A stretch of 62,595 nucleotides of DNA, filler included, from an uncultured Methanosarcinales archaeon (GTDB lineage: Archaea > Nanobdellota > Nanobdellia > Woesearchaeales > JABMPP01), in NCBI GenBank assembly GCA_964604995.1. It is 6 parts of 5 records of this genome, joined end to end, with 100 filler letters (N's around TTAATTAATTAA, not from the genome) between each part and the next. Parts side by side here need not be neighbours in the genome. Positions count along the whole stretch, not along the records: positions 1 to 1,799 come from CAZSAD010000004.1; positions 1,900 to 5,768 come from CAZSAD010000004.1; positions 5,869 to 9,088 come from CAZSAD010000005.1; positions 9,189 to 14,732 come from CAZSAD010000007.1; 2 more parts are not named here. One strand, written 5' to 3'. Position numbers and translations under genes: made by a program. The notes below the pieces were generated by a model. It saw only the letters and a program-made list of their open reading frames with translations. It was not told the DNA's origin and did no database searches. Below, piece after piece: positions 1 through 11,071 of this stretch; within the stretch, counting starts at the first letter, position 1, and every line of letters starts with the position of its first letter.

Positions 1-245
1 AAGATAAATATATGAATAAACTAAAGTTTTTATCATATATTGTCTACTTAATTATTATATTGTAAGTAAATTATAGCTAAAATAATAAAATAAGACTTAC
101 ATTGTATTAAAAGTTAGTAAAATAAATAGTATTTATTATTGTAATATTTTAATTACTATTAAGTAACAAAAAATAGAAAGATTTAAATATATGCTTCAAT
201 TAAATAACAAAAACACAGTAAAAAACACATAAAATTGGGGGTTTT

Positions 246-1799
246 ATGAATCACAGATTAAGAATAATGTATGATGATGTACCTAAAGAATTCATCCAAA
301 AGATGGAATCCTACTTAAAAAGTAGAGGTCTTGAAAACTCAATTGATCTGCAAGATGGAAAAAATAAATGGATAGGCCTAAAACAAAGAGAAAATCCACA
401 AACAATTGAAGAAGGAATTTACTATGAAACTGATGATACTATAACAACAGGCCCAAATGCTTACAGTACATTCTTTCATGAGATTATACATCGCAATTTT
501 GCAAAAAAAGCAAAAGATTCTCTTAAATCAATAAGTGAAAAAGGCAAAGAATTAGATGAAGGATTAGCATTTATGATGCAAGTTGCCTTGTTTGGAAATG
601 TAAATGGTGCAAATACTACTCTTTCAGATAATGATAATTATAGTCAAAAACAAGCGAAAGCATATTCTAGATTATTAAATTCATATTATGTTTTTGGAGA
701 TACTTACTTAAAAGGATTTTTAGAAAATCCTAATACAAGTTTATTGTCAAAAGTTCTAAATGCAATAACTCCAAATGAAACATCACCAACTAAAAATTGG
801 GAACTTGCAATGCAAAACCCATTAAAGATTATACCGGAAAGTACTTCACAAGTTAATGGTCAGGATAAAATTGAATCATATTTTGTAAATCATTTCAATC
901 TTCCAACAAATGTTGCAAAATTAATTGTTGATGAAGGTAATTATTCAAATTTAGAAGAAGCTATTCGCGATTTATCTCCATCAAAAACAAGTAGAATAAA
1001 TTCATTCCACTTACTTGAAACATCACTTTTTTTCCTAGCAGGATATAAATTAGATGATGCCAAAAAAGAAGCTGAGAAAATTATTTTTTCAAATACTCAT
1101 GAAATTGCACTTAAAGGACTTGAAGATTTTGAGCATACTTTAAGTGTTGCATATGAAATTGGTGGAAAAGAATTAGCTGAGCCAATTGCCAAAATAGTTA
1201 TCACACAACCAACTATAGCCTATGAATTAGGAAAGTCTAAAGATTTAGATAAATTGTTAAAAGTTATTGCCAATTCAAGAAAAACTACAATTAATTTTAC
1301 CAATAAATTGTTAAGTGAAAAAAGTTTTAGAGATTTTATTTTTTCAAAACAAGGTGCAGAAATAATTAGCGAGTATGGTAGTAAGGCAGGTTCTGCATTC
1401 ACTTCAGAATATGTTAAGCATTTAACTAATTTTGATTATAGATTTAATATGACTCCAGATTACAACGATTTTATATCAAGTTTTACTCAGATTACTTCAA
1501 GTACAAAGAAATTTGTAGATATTGATGATCAAAGAGATGTCTTAGCATTATATCCAAAAGCTTTAGCAACTGCAACTATTAGTATATTATTGGAGGGTGG
1601 AAGAAGTTTTGATAGTGATGATGGAAAGTATATGCAATATACAAACATGCTTAGTAATAATTTCCCAGAATTTAATATACAAAAAAATAAAACAACAAGT
1701 ACATTTAATAGTATTTTTATTGATGGTATATTAAATGCATATACTAAAAGTTCATTTATGATTCAAGCTTACAATAAATCCAAAGAGAAGGAAAAAACA
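246..1799 (+). CDS. Hypothetical protein with HEXXH...E zinc-metalloprotease-like motif, 3'-truncated at contig end
   Basis: Long ORF; FFHEIIH followed about 21 residues later by EGLA; runs into the N linker. Confidence 0.55.
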
Positions 1800-1899
1800 N
1801 NNNNNNNNNNNNNNNNNNNNNNNNNNNNNNNNNNNNNNNNNNNTTAATTAATTAANNNNNNNNNNNNNNNNNNNNNNNNNNNNNNNNNNNNNNNNNNNN
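1800..1899. other. Artificial contig linker
   Basis: N run + TTAATTAATTAA (stops in all six frames) + N run, 100 nt. Confidence 0.99.
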
Positions 1900-2118
1900 G
1901 CCTAATCCGCCAAAACTTGAACCTTTTGGTGAAACTATAATTTTATCTGTTCCTAAACTTTGAAATTGATCTTGTATCGCTTTTTGAAGTCCTTGGCCTA
2001 AACTTACTAAAGATACAACAGCAGCTATGCCTATGAATATTCCAATCATAGTTAGCCAACTTCTCATTCTTCGTTTGGTTATATTTTTTATAGCATATAG
2101 CACATAATCTTTTAGCAT
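1900..2118 (-). CDS. ABC transporter permease (MacB/FtsX family), truncated by contig end
   Basis: N-terminus RSWLTMIGIFIGIAAVVSLVSLGQG, paralogous to the upstream permease. Confidence 0.9.
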
Positions 2119-2169
2119 TTTATTTTACACCAATTTTTATTTTATTTGACATTTATTTTGACCTCAAAG

Positions 2170-3390
2170 TTACTTTGACCTCAAAGCGTTTACAGGAACC
2201 AATTTTGATGCCTGCATTGCTGGAAATACTCCAGATATGACTCCAATTAAAAATGAAAATAACATAGCTCCAATTATGAGCGTTGGTGAAATACTAGCTT
2301 TCAAAAGCAAATTTCCCCAAACAGATGTTGCGATAAATTCTACCAATTTACTAATTCCAATACCTAGTGTAACACCCACTACTCCACCAAGTATTCCAAG
2401 TAATCCTGATTCAATTAAAAATATTGAGAGTACATCTGAATTTTTTGCACCAATTGCTTTCATAATTCCAATTTCTTTTGTTCTTTCAAGAACTGATGTA
2501 TACATCGTATTCATAATACCAATTCCACCAACAAGTAAACTTATTGCTGCAATACCTATCAAAACTGCCTGAACAATACTAAGAATAGTATCAACAGTTT
2601 TTAGAGTTTGTTCTGGAGTTTGAACTTCAAATGTTTCTTTATTTTCTTTTTCTCCCCTATATTTTCTAAGTGATCTTTTAATATTATCTGCAACAACGTT
2701 AAGATCTTGACCTTGCTGAACTTCTGCAGTGATAGTGCTCTCTTCATTGGGATTATTTAATAGCTCGCGCATACTATCTTCATTTATCATAACTGAAAAA
2801 TCAAAAAAGGGAAGTCCTTTTTTTTCCATTATTCCAATAACTTCAAACTGTTTGCCATTTAGTAAAATTTTATCTCCAACAACAACTTTTTTTCCAAGTA
2901 AATCTTTAGAAGCATAATCGTTTCCCAGATAAATTTTATATTTGTCTTGTTGTGTTAAAAATCTACCACTTTCAGTCTTTGGTTTTAGTACTTCCAAAAC
3001 AAGCTGGCGAGACTTATCTTCATTTGGAATATCTGCCATGTAAACAACATAATTTTTATTATCAAAAGTTGCTTGAACTGGTTTAATTAATCTTCCAGCA
3101 GCTCTTTTAACACCGCTAACTTTCTCAATATGTTTTAAATCATCAACACTCAAAGAAACAGCTGCGCCTGAACCTGGTGGACCTATGTTCAATCCTTTTG
3201 CTTGAATAGTAACTTTATCTGAACCTAAAGATTGGAATTGTAAAGAGATTGCATCTTTCATCCCTTGACCAAGGCTGATTAGTGAAACTATTGCAGCTAT
3301 TCCTATGAATATACCTATCATTGTAAGCCAGGTTCTAAGCTGCCTTACTCTTAGATTTTCAACAGCCAAACTAAAATAGTCACGTAGCAT
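2170..3390 (-). CDS. ABC transporter permease, MacB/FtsX family
   Basis: LTMIGIFIGIAA, VGGIGIMNTMYTSVLERTKEIGIMKAIGA, GVFPA motifs. Confidence 0.95.
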   Translation of the reverse strand: MLRDYFSLAVENLRVRQLRTWLTMIGIFIGIAAIVSLISLGQGMKDAISLQFQSLGSDKVTIQAKGLNIGPPGSGAAVSLSVDDLKHIEKVSGVKRAAGRLIKPVQATFDNKNYVVYMADIPNEDKSRQLVLEVLKPKTESGRFLTQQDKYKIYLGNDYASKDLLGKKVVVGDKILLNGKQFEVIGIMEKKGLPFFDFSVMINEDSMRELLNNPNEESTITAEVQQGQDLNVVADNIKRSLRKYRGEKENKETFEVQTPEQTLKTVDTILSIVQAVLIGIAAISLLVGGIGIMNTMYTSVLERTKEIGIMKAIGAKNSDVLSIFLIESGLLGILGGVVGVTLGIGISKLVEFIATSVWGNLLLKASISPTLIIGAMLFSFLIGVISGVFPAMQASKLVPVNALRSK

Positions 3391-3495
3391 TTTTTTGTAT
3401 TTTGTATTTATTTAAATTTTCAAAATTTATGTATCAAAAGAAAAAATAATAAAGGAAGAATTATTATTCTTCCATTTTTGAGTTTATTTTTGAGT

Positions 3496-4815
3496 TTACT
3501 TATTTTTTTTCTTTCTGCTTCTAAAAAATATAAAAGCTGCAATAATAATAATCACAATTAAGATGTAAATCCAAGTTTGATTTCTGTTTTCTAAACCTAG
3601 TTTTAAAGCTTCTTTGGTACTATAAAGTTTTACATCAAGAACTAAATCTTTGGTGTAATCATTATTATTGATATCTTTGTATTCAATAGTTAATGGCAAA
3701 GTTATCTTATCCTTGGCAGTATCTTTAACATAGATTCGATATTGTACCGTACTATAATCATCTGAATCAACTTTACCAACATACACTTTAGTAGGTGTTA
3801 AAAGATCATAATCATCTGTAGGATTCAGTTTTGCATACAAAAATTTAACATCATTCAATCCTTTGTTTATGAATTTTACAGTAACTTCGCCTTGCATTCC
3901 TGATTTATAAACTTTAGAACTTTCTAAATTTACAAGCATATCAGGTGTGTCGCCAACAACTACACTGATATAATTCTCTTTTGAATAATCTATATTAGAT
4001 AAATCAGTGTATGTATAAGTAACTGGGATTTTGTATACTTTAGATTTAGCATCTGGATCAACAATTAAATTAAATTCAGCACTCACTTCTTGTTTTGGAC
4101 CAAGTGTTGGAAATATTACTGTATCAGTTGAAGAAACTGGTGAAAATGGAAGTTCTGTTTTTGTTACAGAAGTTGATGTTGTAATAACTGATACAAGTCC
4201 AAGCTTAATAGTTAAATATCTAACTTGAGTATCTGCTAGATTTTGCAAATTTAGTTTTAATGAAAGCTCATCTCCAGGTTTTGCAATTTGTGGAGTAAAG
4301 TTAACAGAATTTAAAGATACAATAACATCATGTTGTTTTACACTAATTGTTATTGGATCAATTTTTGTCCAATATCCACCTTCGACTTTATATTTTATGT
4401 TAAGCTGATGTTCACCAGGTAATGCATTTGAATCAACTTTTAAATTAAAATCAATATTTACAGCTTCATTTGCTAATTGTGCAGGGCTTATACTCGTAAT
4501 ATTTTTAGTGGTGGAATCCTGGTAAATTGAAATTGGAAATTCTGGAAGTATTTCAAATTGAACATTTTTAGCTTCAGCATATCCTGAATTTTCAATTTTG
4601 AATCTTAATTTAAAAAAATTACCAGGTTCAACTGGATTTGGATCTTGATTTAACAAAGAGATTGCTAAAACAGGCACATCTCCAGTTCCAGCTTTAACAT
4701 TTTTTGTCAGACATACTGACAAAATAGAAAAAGTTAACATTAATAACACGAAACTTGAAAATATGTAACCACTAAATTTGAATTTGTTTTGTTTATCCAT
4801 TTTATTCTCCTCCAA
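3496..4815 (-). CDS. COG1361-type S-layer/Ig-like surface protein
   Basis: Signal peptide, QDPNPVEPG motif, repeated Ig-like units, C-terminal TM helix with basic tail; inside the ABC operon. Confidence 0.8.
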   Translation of the reverse strand: MEENKMDKQNKFKFSGYIFSSFVLLMLTFSILSVCLTKNVKAGTGDVPVLAISLLNQDPNPVEPGNFFKLRFKIENSGYAEAKNVQFEILPEFPISIYQDSTTKNITSISPAQLANEAVNIDFNLKVDSNALPGEHQLNIKYKVEGGYWTKIDPITISVKQHDVIVSLNSVNFTPQIAKPGDELSLKLNLQNLADTQVRYLTIKLGLVSVITTSTSVTKTELPFSPVSSTDTVIFPTLGPKQEVSAEFNLIVDPDAKSKVYKIPVTYTYTDLSNIDYSKENYISVVVGDTPDMLVNLESSKVYKSGMQGEVTVKFINKGLNDVKFLYAKLNPTDDYDLLTPTKVYVGKVDSDDYSTVQYRIYVKDTAKDKITLPLTIEYKDINNNDYTKDLVLDVKLYSTKEALKLGLENRNQTWIYILIVIIIIAAFIFFRSRKKKNK

Positions 4816-4866
4816 TTAATCTATTTAATCCATAAGTATAGTTTATGAATATAATTTACAAATGTA

Positions 4867-5556
4867 TTATTTATGAATACTTTTTATTATCTTGCCATCT
4901 TTTAGGTATTCAATCCTCTTAGCGTATTTTGCTAAGTTATCGTCATGTGTAACCATAATTATTGTTCTTTTTTCTTTCTTGTTCAAATCAGTTAAAAATG
5001 CCATAACCATTTTACCAGTTGAACTATCCAAATTGCCTGTTGGTTCATCAGCAAGTATTACTTCAGGATCATTTGAAAGTGCTCTTGCAATAGCAACTCT
5101 TTGCTGTTGTCCACCTGAAAGTTCTGTCGGCCTATGATCCATCCTATCTTTAAGATCAACCAATTCCAATAATTCTATTGCTTTTTTTATCCTATCTTCC
5201 CTATCTACACCTTGAAAGGTCATTGGAAGCATTACATTTTCTAGTGCTGTTAGAGTATTAATCAAATTGAACTGTTGAAAAATAAAACCAATTTTTTTGC
5301 CTCTAATTTGTGCTAAGTCTGATTCATGTAAACTAGATATATCATGATGTTCAAGAAAGATTTTGCCTTTGCTTGGAATATCAAGGCAACCAATCATATT
5401 TACAGATGTACTCTTACCAGAACCACTAGGGCCCATAACTGAGACAAATTCACCTTTTCTAATTGTTAAATTAAGACCCCTTAGAGCATTAACTTCTACT
5501 TCACCCATTTTATAGGTTTTCCATACATCTTCTAATTTTATTATTATATCACTCAT
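4867..5556 (-). CDS. ABC transporter ATP-binding protein (LolD/MacB-like)
   Basis: Walker A GPSGSGKS, LSGGQQQRVAIARAL, ADEPTGNLD, VTHD. Confidence 0.97.
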   Translation of the reverse strand: MSDIIIKLEDVWKTYKMGEVEVNALRGLNLTIRKGEFVSVMGPSGSGKSTSVNMIGCLDIPSKGKIFLEHHDISSLHESDLAQIRGKKIGFIFQQFNLINTLTALENVMLPMTFQGVDREDRIKKAIELLELVDLKDRMDHRPTELSGGQQQRVAIARALSNDPEVILADEPTGNLDSSTGKMVMAFLTDLNKKEKRTIIMVTHDDNLAKYAKRIEYLKDGKIIKSIHK

Positions 5557-5619
5557 TTTCTACCCCAAATACCCATTTTATACTTTAGATATCCCTTAAA
5601 TGGCTTTTAGTATTAATAT

Positions 5620-5714
5620 ATAACTAATTGACATAACTAACAGATTATGACTAGCAGATTATAACTAATTGACATAATTAATAGGTATAGTTAGGAGATT
5701 AATGACTAGTGATT
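5620..5714. repeat. Degenerate tandem array of seven 13-14 bp units
   Basis: ataactaattgac / ataactaacagatt / atgactagcagatt / ataactaattgac / ataattaataggt / atagttaggagatt / atgactagtgatt. Confidence 0.75.
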
Positions 5715-5768
5715 ATAAATATTGCGTTTAAAAAACCAATCCTTTTTTTAGATTCTATTTAGATTCTG

Positions 5769-5868
5769 NNNNNNNNNNNNNNNNNNNNNNNNNNNNNNNN
5801 NNNNNNNNNNNNTTAATTAATTAANNNNNNNNNNNNNNNNNNNNNNNNNNNNNNNNNNNNNNNNNNNN
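5769..5868. other. Artificial contig linker
   Basis: N-TTAATTAATTAA-N. Confidence 0.99.
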
Positions 5869-5905
5869 TATAGTGAAACAATAATCATATTAAAAAATCT
5901 TCTAT

Positions 5906-6829
5906 TTATCTTTTTACTCTTAGAAATTCTCTTCCTTTTTTTGTTTGTTTTATAGCTTCTTTTTTTATTTTTTCAAAATTCTCTTTAATTTTAGGTTTCA
6001 TCTCATCAATTCTGTTTTTAACGGAAAACTGATAATTTCTTCTAACAATTGATGGCATATATTTAATTCTTTTATGAAACACTCTTGATTGATTAAATAA
6101 TCCTCTAAGTCTTGTGCCTTCTTTGCCCATAACATAATTATTTTTTTTCCTTATAGCATCTAAAAATTCATCTACACTACTTGAATTAGAATAAGAAACA
6201 ATTTTTCCAAGTTCACCAAGTGTATGCGCATCTGAACCAGCTGTTATCATTTTTTCATGTTCAGTTGCAAAATGAAGTGCTTTTAAATTTCGAACATGGG
6301 TATCTTCCCCATTCATAATTTCAATAGCATTAACTTTATCTAATATTTCTTTACCATCGCTGCTTCTTTCAATAAATTTTACCCATCCTTTCCACAAAAC
6401 TCCATAAGGTTGGGAAGCAGAAGATATGCAATTATAATTCTCCAAATCACTTAAAACTTCAAGAACGCTTTTCTTTATTCTACCATAAGGATTTTCAAAT
6501 TTGAAGTCTCTTATGCATTTATCATAAAATTCAATAAGTTCATTTTTATTGTAAAAATATGCTTGTATATCTCGTCCTTCCTTGCAGTTAATTTCAATTC
6601 CAGGTACAATAAAAATATCGCTCTCTTCCATAGCCTTAAGTACTCCAGTTATTGTATTGTGGTCAGTTATTGAAACACCAACTTGTTTCTTTTTTGCAGC
6701 TTTAATTAAATTAGAAATTTTAGTTGTACTATCAGAATAATTTGTATGTACATGCATATCAACTGCTAAAAATCCCATGTCATGCAATTGCCCTAGATTC
6801 GGCTTTCTAAAAATTACTTTATCTATCAT
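5906..6829 (-). CDS. PHP-domain metal-dependent phosphoesterase
   Basis: DMHVHT, ITDHN, PGIE, GSDAH motifs. Confidence 0.9.
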   Translation of the reverse strand: MIDKVIFRKPNLGQLHDMGFLAVDMHVHTNYSDSTTKISNLIKAAKKKQVGVSITDHNTITGVLKAMEESDIFIVPGIEINCKEGRDIQAYFYNKNELIEFYDKCIRDFKFENPYGRIKKSVLEVLSDLENYNCISSASQPYGVLWKGWVKFIERSSDGKEILDKVNAIEIMNGEDTHVRNLKALHFATEHEKMITAGSDAHTLGELGKIVSYSNSSSVDEFLDAIRKKNNYVMGKEGTRLRGLFNQSRVFHKRIKYMPSIVRRNYQFSVKNRIDEMKPKIKENFEKIKKEAIKQTKKGREFLRVKR

Positions 6830-6911
6830 ATACTAAGTTGTAATCTACCTTTATTTAAATTATTGGTTGTTAATAAAAAATTAAAGCGATTTAATCATCT
6901 TTAAATAATAG

Positions 6912-8246
<1,335 letters not shown>

Positions 8247-8385
8247 ATGAAAAACTCTCACAATCCAATCATTTCTTCTTCGAGAGTAATTAGAGAGGTT
8301 ACATAGAAAAATTTAAATAGGGGCTAGGAATAAGGATACATTACTTATTATATATGTTAATAAAAACTTAAGAGAGGGAGATAAA

Positions 8386-9036
8386 ATGGGTAAGAAAAAA
8401 GGTCAAGCAGCTTTGGAGTTCTTAATGACTTATGGCTGGGCTATTCTCGTTGTTTTAATTGTTATTGGTGCACTCGCATATTTTGGAATATTAAATCCAA
8501 GTATCTTGCTACCAGAAAAATGTACACTTCAAATGGGTCTTTATTGTAAAGACCACAGAATAGATGGTACTAAAGGTCAAATCACATTCAATTTTGAAAA
8601 TGGTATGGGCAAAGATATCATCCTTTATCATGTCAATGTAACTGGCGATGTAATTCCTGGCGGATGTTATGCGGGAGTATATGGAAATGTTACTTCTGGT
8701 GATACTGCAATGGTGCCATACACTTCAATTACAGGTTATGCTCTATGTGGTGTATCAGATGATTGCAGTGGTTGTACAGCAGTTGGTGGAGAAGGAAAAT
8801 ACAGTTGTAACCCAGATCAAACAAACAAATTCAATACAGCATTTAATTCAAATGTAGGGTATAGAGTTGCACAAGGAACACAAGCAACAGTTGTAACAAA
8901 CTGCACAGTAGCTCCACTTTCATGGACTGGAAAAGCAAAAACCAATTTGAATATACAATGGTATTATGCTGATTCATCTGTAGCATATTTGCACACAATG
9001 GAAGGAGAACTACTCGCAAAAGTTGAGGGTAAGTAA
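8386..9036 (+). CDS. Archaeal type IV pilin-like protein (class III signal peptide)
   Basis: MGKKKG/QAALEFLMTYGWAILVVLIVIGALAYFG with E at +5; Cys-rich globular domain. Confidence 0.9.
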   Translation: MGKKKGQAALEFLMTYGWAILVVLIVIGALAYFGILNPSILLPEKCTLQMGLYCKDHRIDGTKGQITFNFENGMGKDIILYHVNVTGDVIPGGCYAGVYGNVTSGDTAMVPYTSITGYALCGVSDDCSGCTAVGGEGKYSCNPDQTNKFNTAFNSNVGYRVAQGTQATVVTNCTVAPLSWTGKAKTNLNIQWYYADSSVAYLHTMEGELLAKVEGK

Positions 9037-9076
9037 ACCCTTAATTATTTTATTTTAATCTATGGAGGATGATAAA

Positions 9077-9088
9077 ATGGGTAAGAAA
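9077..9088 (+). CDS. Start of a probable second pilin paralog, truncated
   Basis: GGAGG RBS then ATGGGTAAGAAA, identical to the first four codons of the preceding pilin; contig ends. Confidence 0.5.
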
Positions 9089-9188
9089 NNNNNNNNNNNN
9101 NNNNNNNNNNNNNNNNNNNNNNNNNNNNNNNNTTAATTAATTAANNNNNNNNNNNNNNNNNNNNNNNNNNNNNNNNNNNNNNNNNNNN
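9089..9188. other. Artificial contig linker
   Basis: N-TTAATTAATTAA-N. Confidence 0.99.
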
Positions 9189-9205
9189 TACTGAGCTACG
9201 CGCCC
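9189..9205 (-). tRNA. 5' fragment of a tRNA gene, identity unknown, truncated
   Basis: Minus strand reads GGGCGCG-TA-GCTC-AGTA (acceptor 5' strand, U8-A9, D-stem). Confidence 0.75.
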
Positions 9206-9257
9206 ATAAAATATCAAATTAAATTTAAATGATTTTAATTTTTTTATTATCTAAAAT

Positions 9258-9335
9258 AAACCCATTGGGCTTTATGCCCAATTTGTTTCTATGCAATCTT
9301 TCTTAAAGATTGCCTACCTGCCCATAAAACACCAA
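9258..9335. repeat. Two-hairpin element next to a partial duplicate of the tRNA 5' end and leader
   Basis: Stems ATTGGGC/GCCCAAT (9264-9282) and GCAATCTTT/AAAGATTGC (9293-9313); 9314-9335 matches 9196-9217 at 18/22. Confidence 0.6.
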
Positions 9336-9456
9336 TACTATAAGTAAGAGTTTAATTCTTTATTTAAATCTCACTGAATAATTAATTATTTGGAATAAAA
9401 GTATTATCAAATTAAAGAATAGAATATAAAAAATTATTAAACTAATTTCATAAAAT

Positions 9457-10038
9457 TTATCTGGCTCTGTCCAAAATTGTAGGATACATTGAATAGAATT
9501 TACCTTCTCGAACAATATTAAATAAATCTTTTTCAATGTCGTTATAAATAAATTCCACCTTAACACCTAATTCAACTAAGTGTTTTATGCCTTTACCATT
9601 AGTATTTTGATTTTTATCAATTAATCCAATTATTACTCTTTCGACACCAGCATTCGGGATTAATGTTGAACAGGGAGGGTATTCTTCATGCAATTCGAGA
9701 TTACCTCTTTTAAAACAAGGTTCTAAAGTAACATACAGATCTGATCCTTTAGCATTTTTTCCAGCATTGTACAATGCCATTTGTTCCGCATGAATTATTC
9801 TTGTTTTACCTTCTTTAGTTGGACATATTACTTCCCTATGCCCTTGCGATATTATTTCATTATTTTGCACAATCACAGCACCACATTGGGCTCCGTCATC
9901 GTGAGGTTTATATGATTTTTTTGCTTCCTTAATTGCTTCTTTCATAAATTTTTGTTTTGTAGAAAAATCTAAATCATAAGAAAATAACCCCCATAAATCT
10001 TTAGGAATATTACTCCAATCATATTTGTGAATAGCCAT
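9457..10038 (-). CDS. Zinc-dependent cytidine/CMP-family deaminase (RibD-deaminase-like, stand-alone)
   Basis: HAE motif, LYVTLEPC...PPC, VIIGLID. Confidence 0.85.
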   Translation of the reverse strand: MAIHKYDWSNIPKDLWGLFSYDLDFSTKQKFMKEAIKEAKKSYKPHDDGAQCGAVIVQNNEIISQGHREVICPTKEGKTRIIHAEQMALYNAGKNAKGSDLYVTLEPCFKRGNLELHEEYPPCSTLIPNAGVERVIIGLIDKNQNTNGKGIKHLVELGVKVEFIYNDIEKDLFNIVREGKFYSMYPTILDRAR

Positions 10039-10192
10039 AAAGAACTATAAATCCCATTTAGTTTATAAATCTATCTCTTTTTTGCTACTATATAGTGATT
10101 AATTTTTATTAAATTTATTTTAACAAACTCAACTAAGAAAAACACCTTAAACTAAGGTTTATATATCTTTAAATTTCCCTAAACTGGTTAAG

Positions 10193-10492
10193 GTGTTTAA
10201 AATTATAAATAATGAATATGGGTTAAATTATTTATGTTTAGGAAATGTTAATGATGTTACTGATGAGATTTATAGTCAAATATCAAAGAGTATTGATGAA
10301 AATAAAACTTCCCTTCAACCTGCTAAAATGTTTGATGTTTTCTTAAAGAAAGGTTATTGCCCCAATATGGTTGCTGAAGCATTTGCCAATGTAGCAATCA
10401 TACATAGTGAAGAGTTAAAAGAAGTGCCCTATTGGAAAGCTCTGGTAAACCTTTATTCTGGAGTAGAAAGAAAAATATATCCCAAAAATTAA
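10193..10492 (+). CDS. Hypothetical protein
   Basis: 99-aa ORF, GTG start, TATA-like TTTATATA upstream. Confidence 0.55.
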   Translation: MFKIINNEYGLNYLCLGNVNDVTDEIYSQISKSIDENKTSLQPAKMFDVFLKKGYCPNMVAEAFANVAIIHSEELKEVPYWKALVNLYSGVERKIYPKN

Positions 10493-10561
10493 GGTAGAGT
10501 TATTAAAAACATAGAATTTCTTAAAAAGTTATTTTAGAAATATTATTTTTAATTTATTTTT

Positions 10562-10909
10562 TTATTCTTCTTTTTTATCAGGGTTTAAATTTTGCACTTT
10601 CAATTTTTCAAAATAATCTCTAACCCGTATATCATTTGTAGAATGTGCATTTGGGCCCAATTCATAATAAGTCTTCTCAGCTTCTGTTCCCCAACTATAA
10701 TCTCCTTTTTCTGCTGTTACAACATTAACTTGAAACTCCCCTAGTTCAACTCCTTTTCTAAGATTGTAATAAACAGCACGAAGAGTGGCTTTAGGAAATA
10801 TAGAATCATAAACTTTATAGATTTCATAACCATAAGCTTTTTTCATAACTACCAGTATTTCAACTAGTGCTTGCCTTATATCCGATCTAATTGGTCTGCC
10901 TCGTGGCAT
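10562..10909 (-). CDS. PadR-like winged-helix protein
   Basis: Likely start MPRGRP at 10909; AYGYEIYK, VYYNL, KTYYELG. Confidence 0.65.
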   Translation of the reverse strand: MPRGRPIRSDIRQALVEILVVMKKAYGYEIYKVYDSIFPKATLRAVYYNLRKGVELGEFQVNVVTAEKGDYSWGTEAEKTYYELGPNAHSTNDIRVRDYFEKLKVQNLNPDKKEE

Positions 10910-11071
10910 GGGGCATTTATAGGCGAACTGATATAAATATGTTTCTATAAATTTCAATAGTGAAAAGAATTAAGATGAAGAAGTTAAAATTTTAAAACAC
11001 CACATTAAATAATTAATCAAATCATCAAAACAATCTATAGGTTTATATATTCAAAGAATTTATTCTAGTTT

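Noticed and set aside
1844..1855. Recurring palindrome TTAATTAATTAA (five copies)
   Set aside because: Always centred in 100-nt N spacers; it is an artificial contig linker
1900..5556. FtsEX-EnvC-like partnership between this ABC system and the degenerate M23 protein
   Set aside because: Different contigs, and this ATPase + COG1361 + two permease operon is a common archaeal arrangement
5620..5714. Possible CRISPR array
   Set aside because: Units of 13-14 bp, no unique spacers, no cas genes
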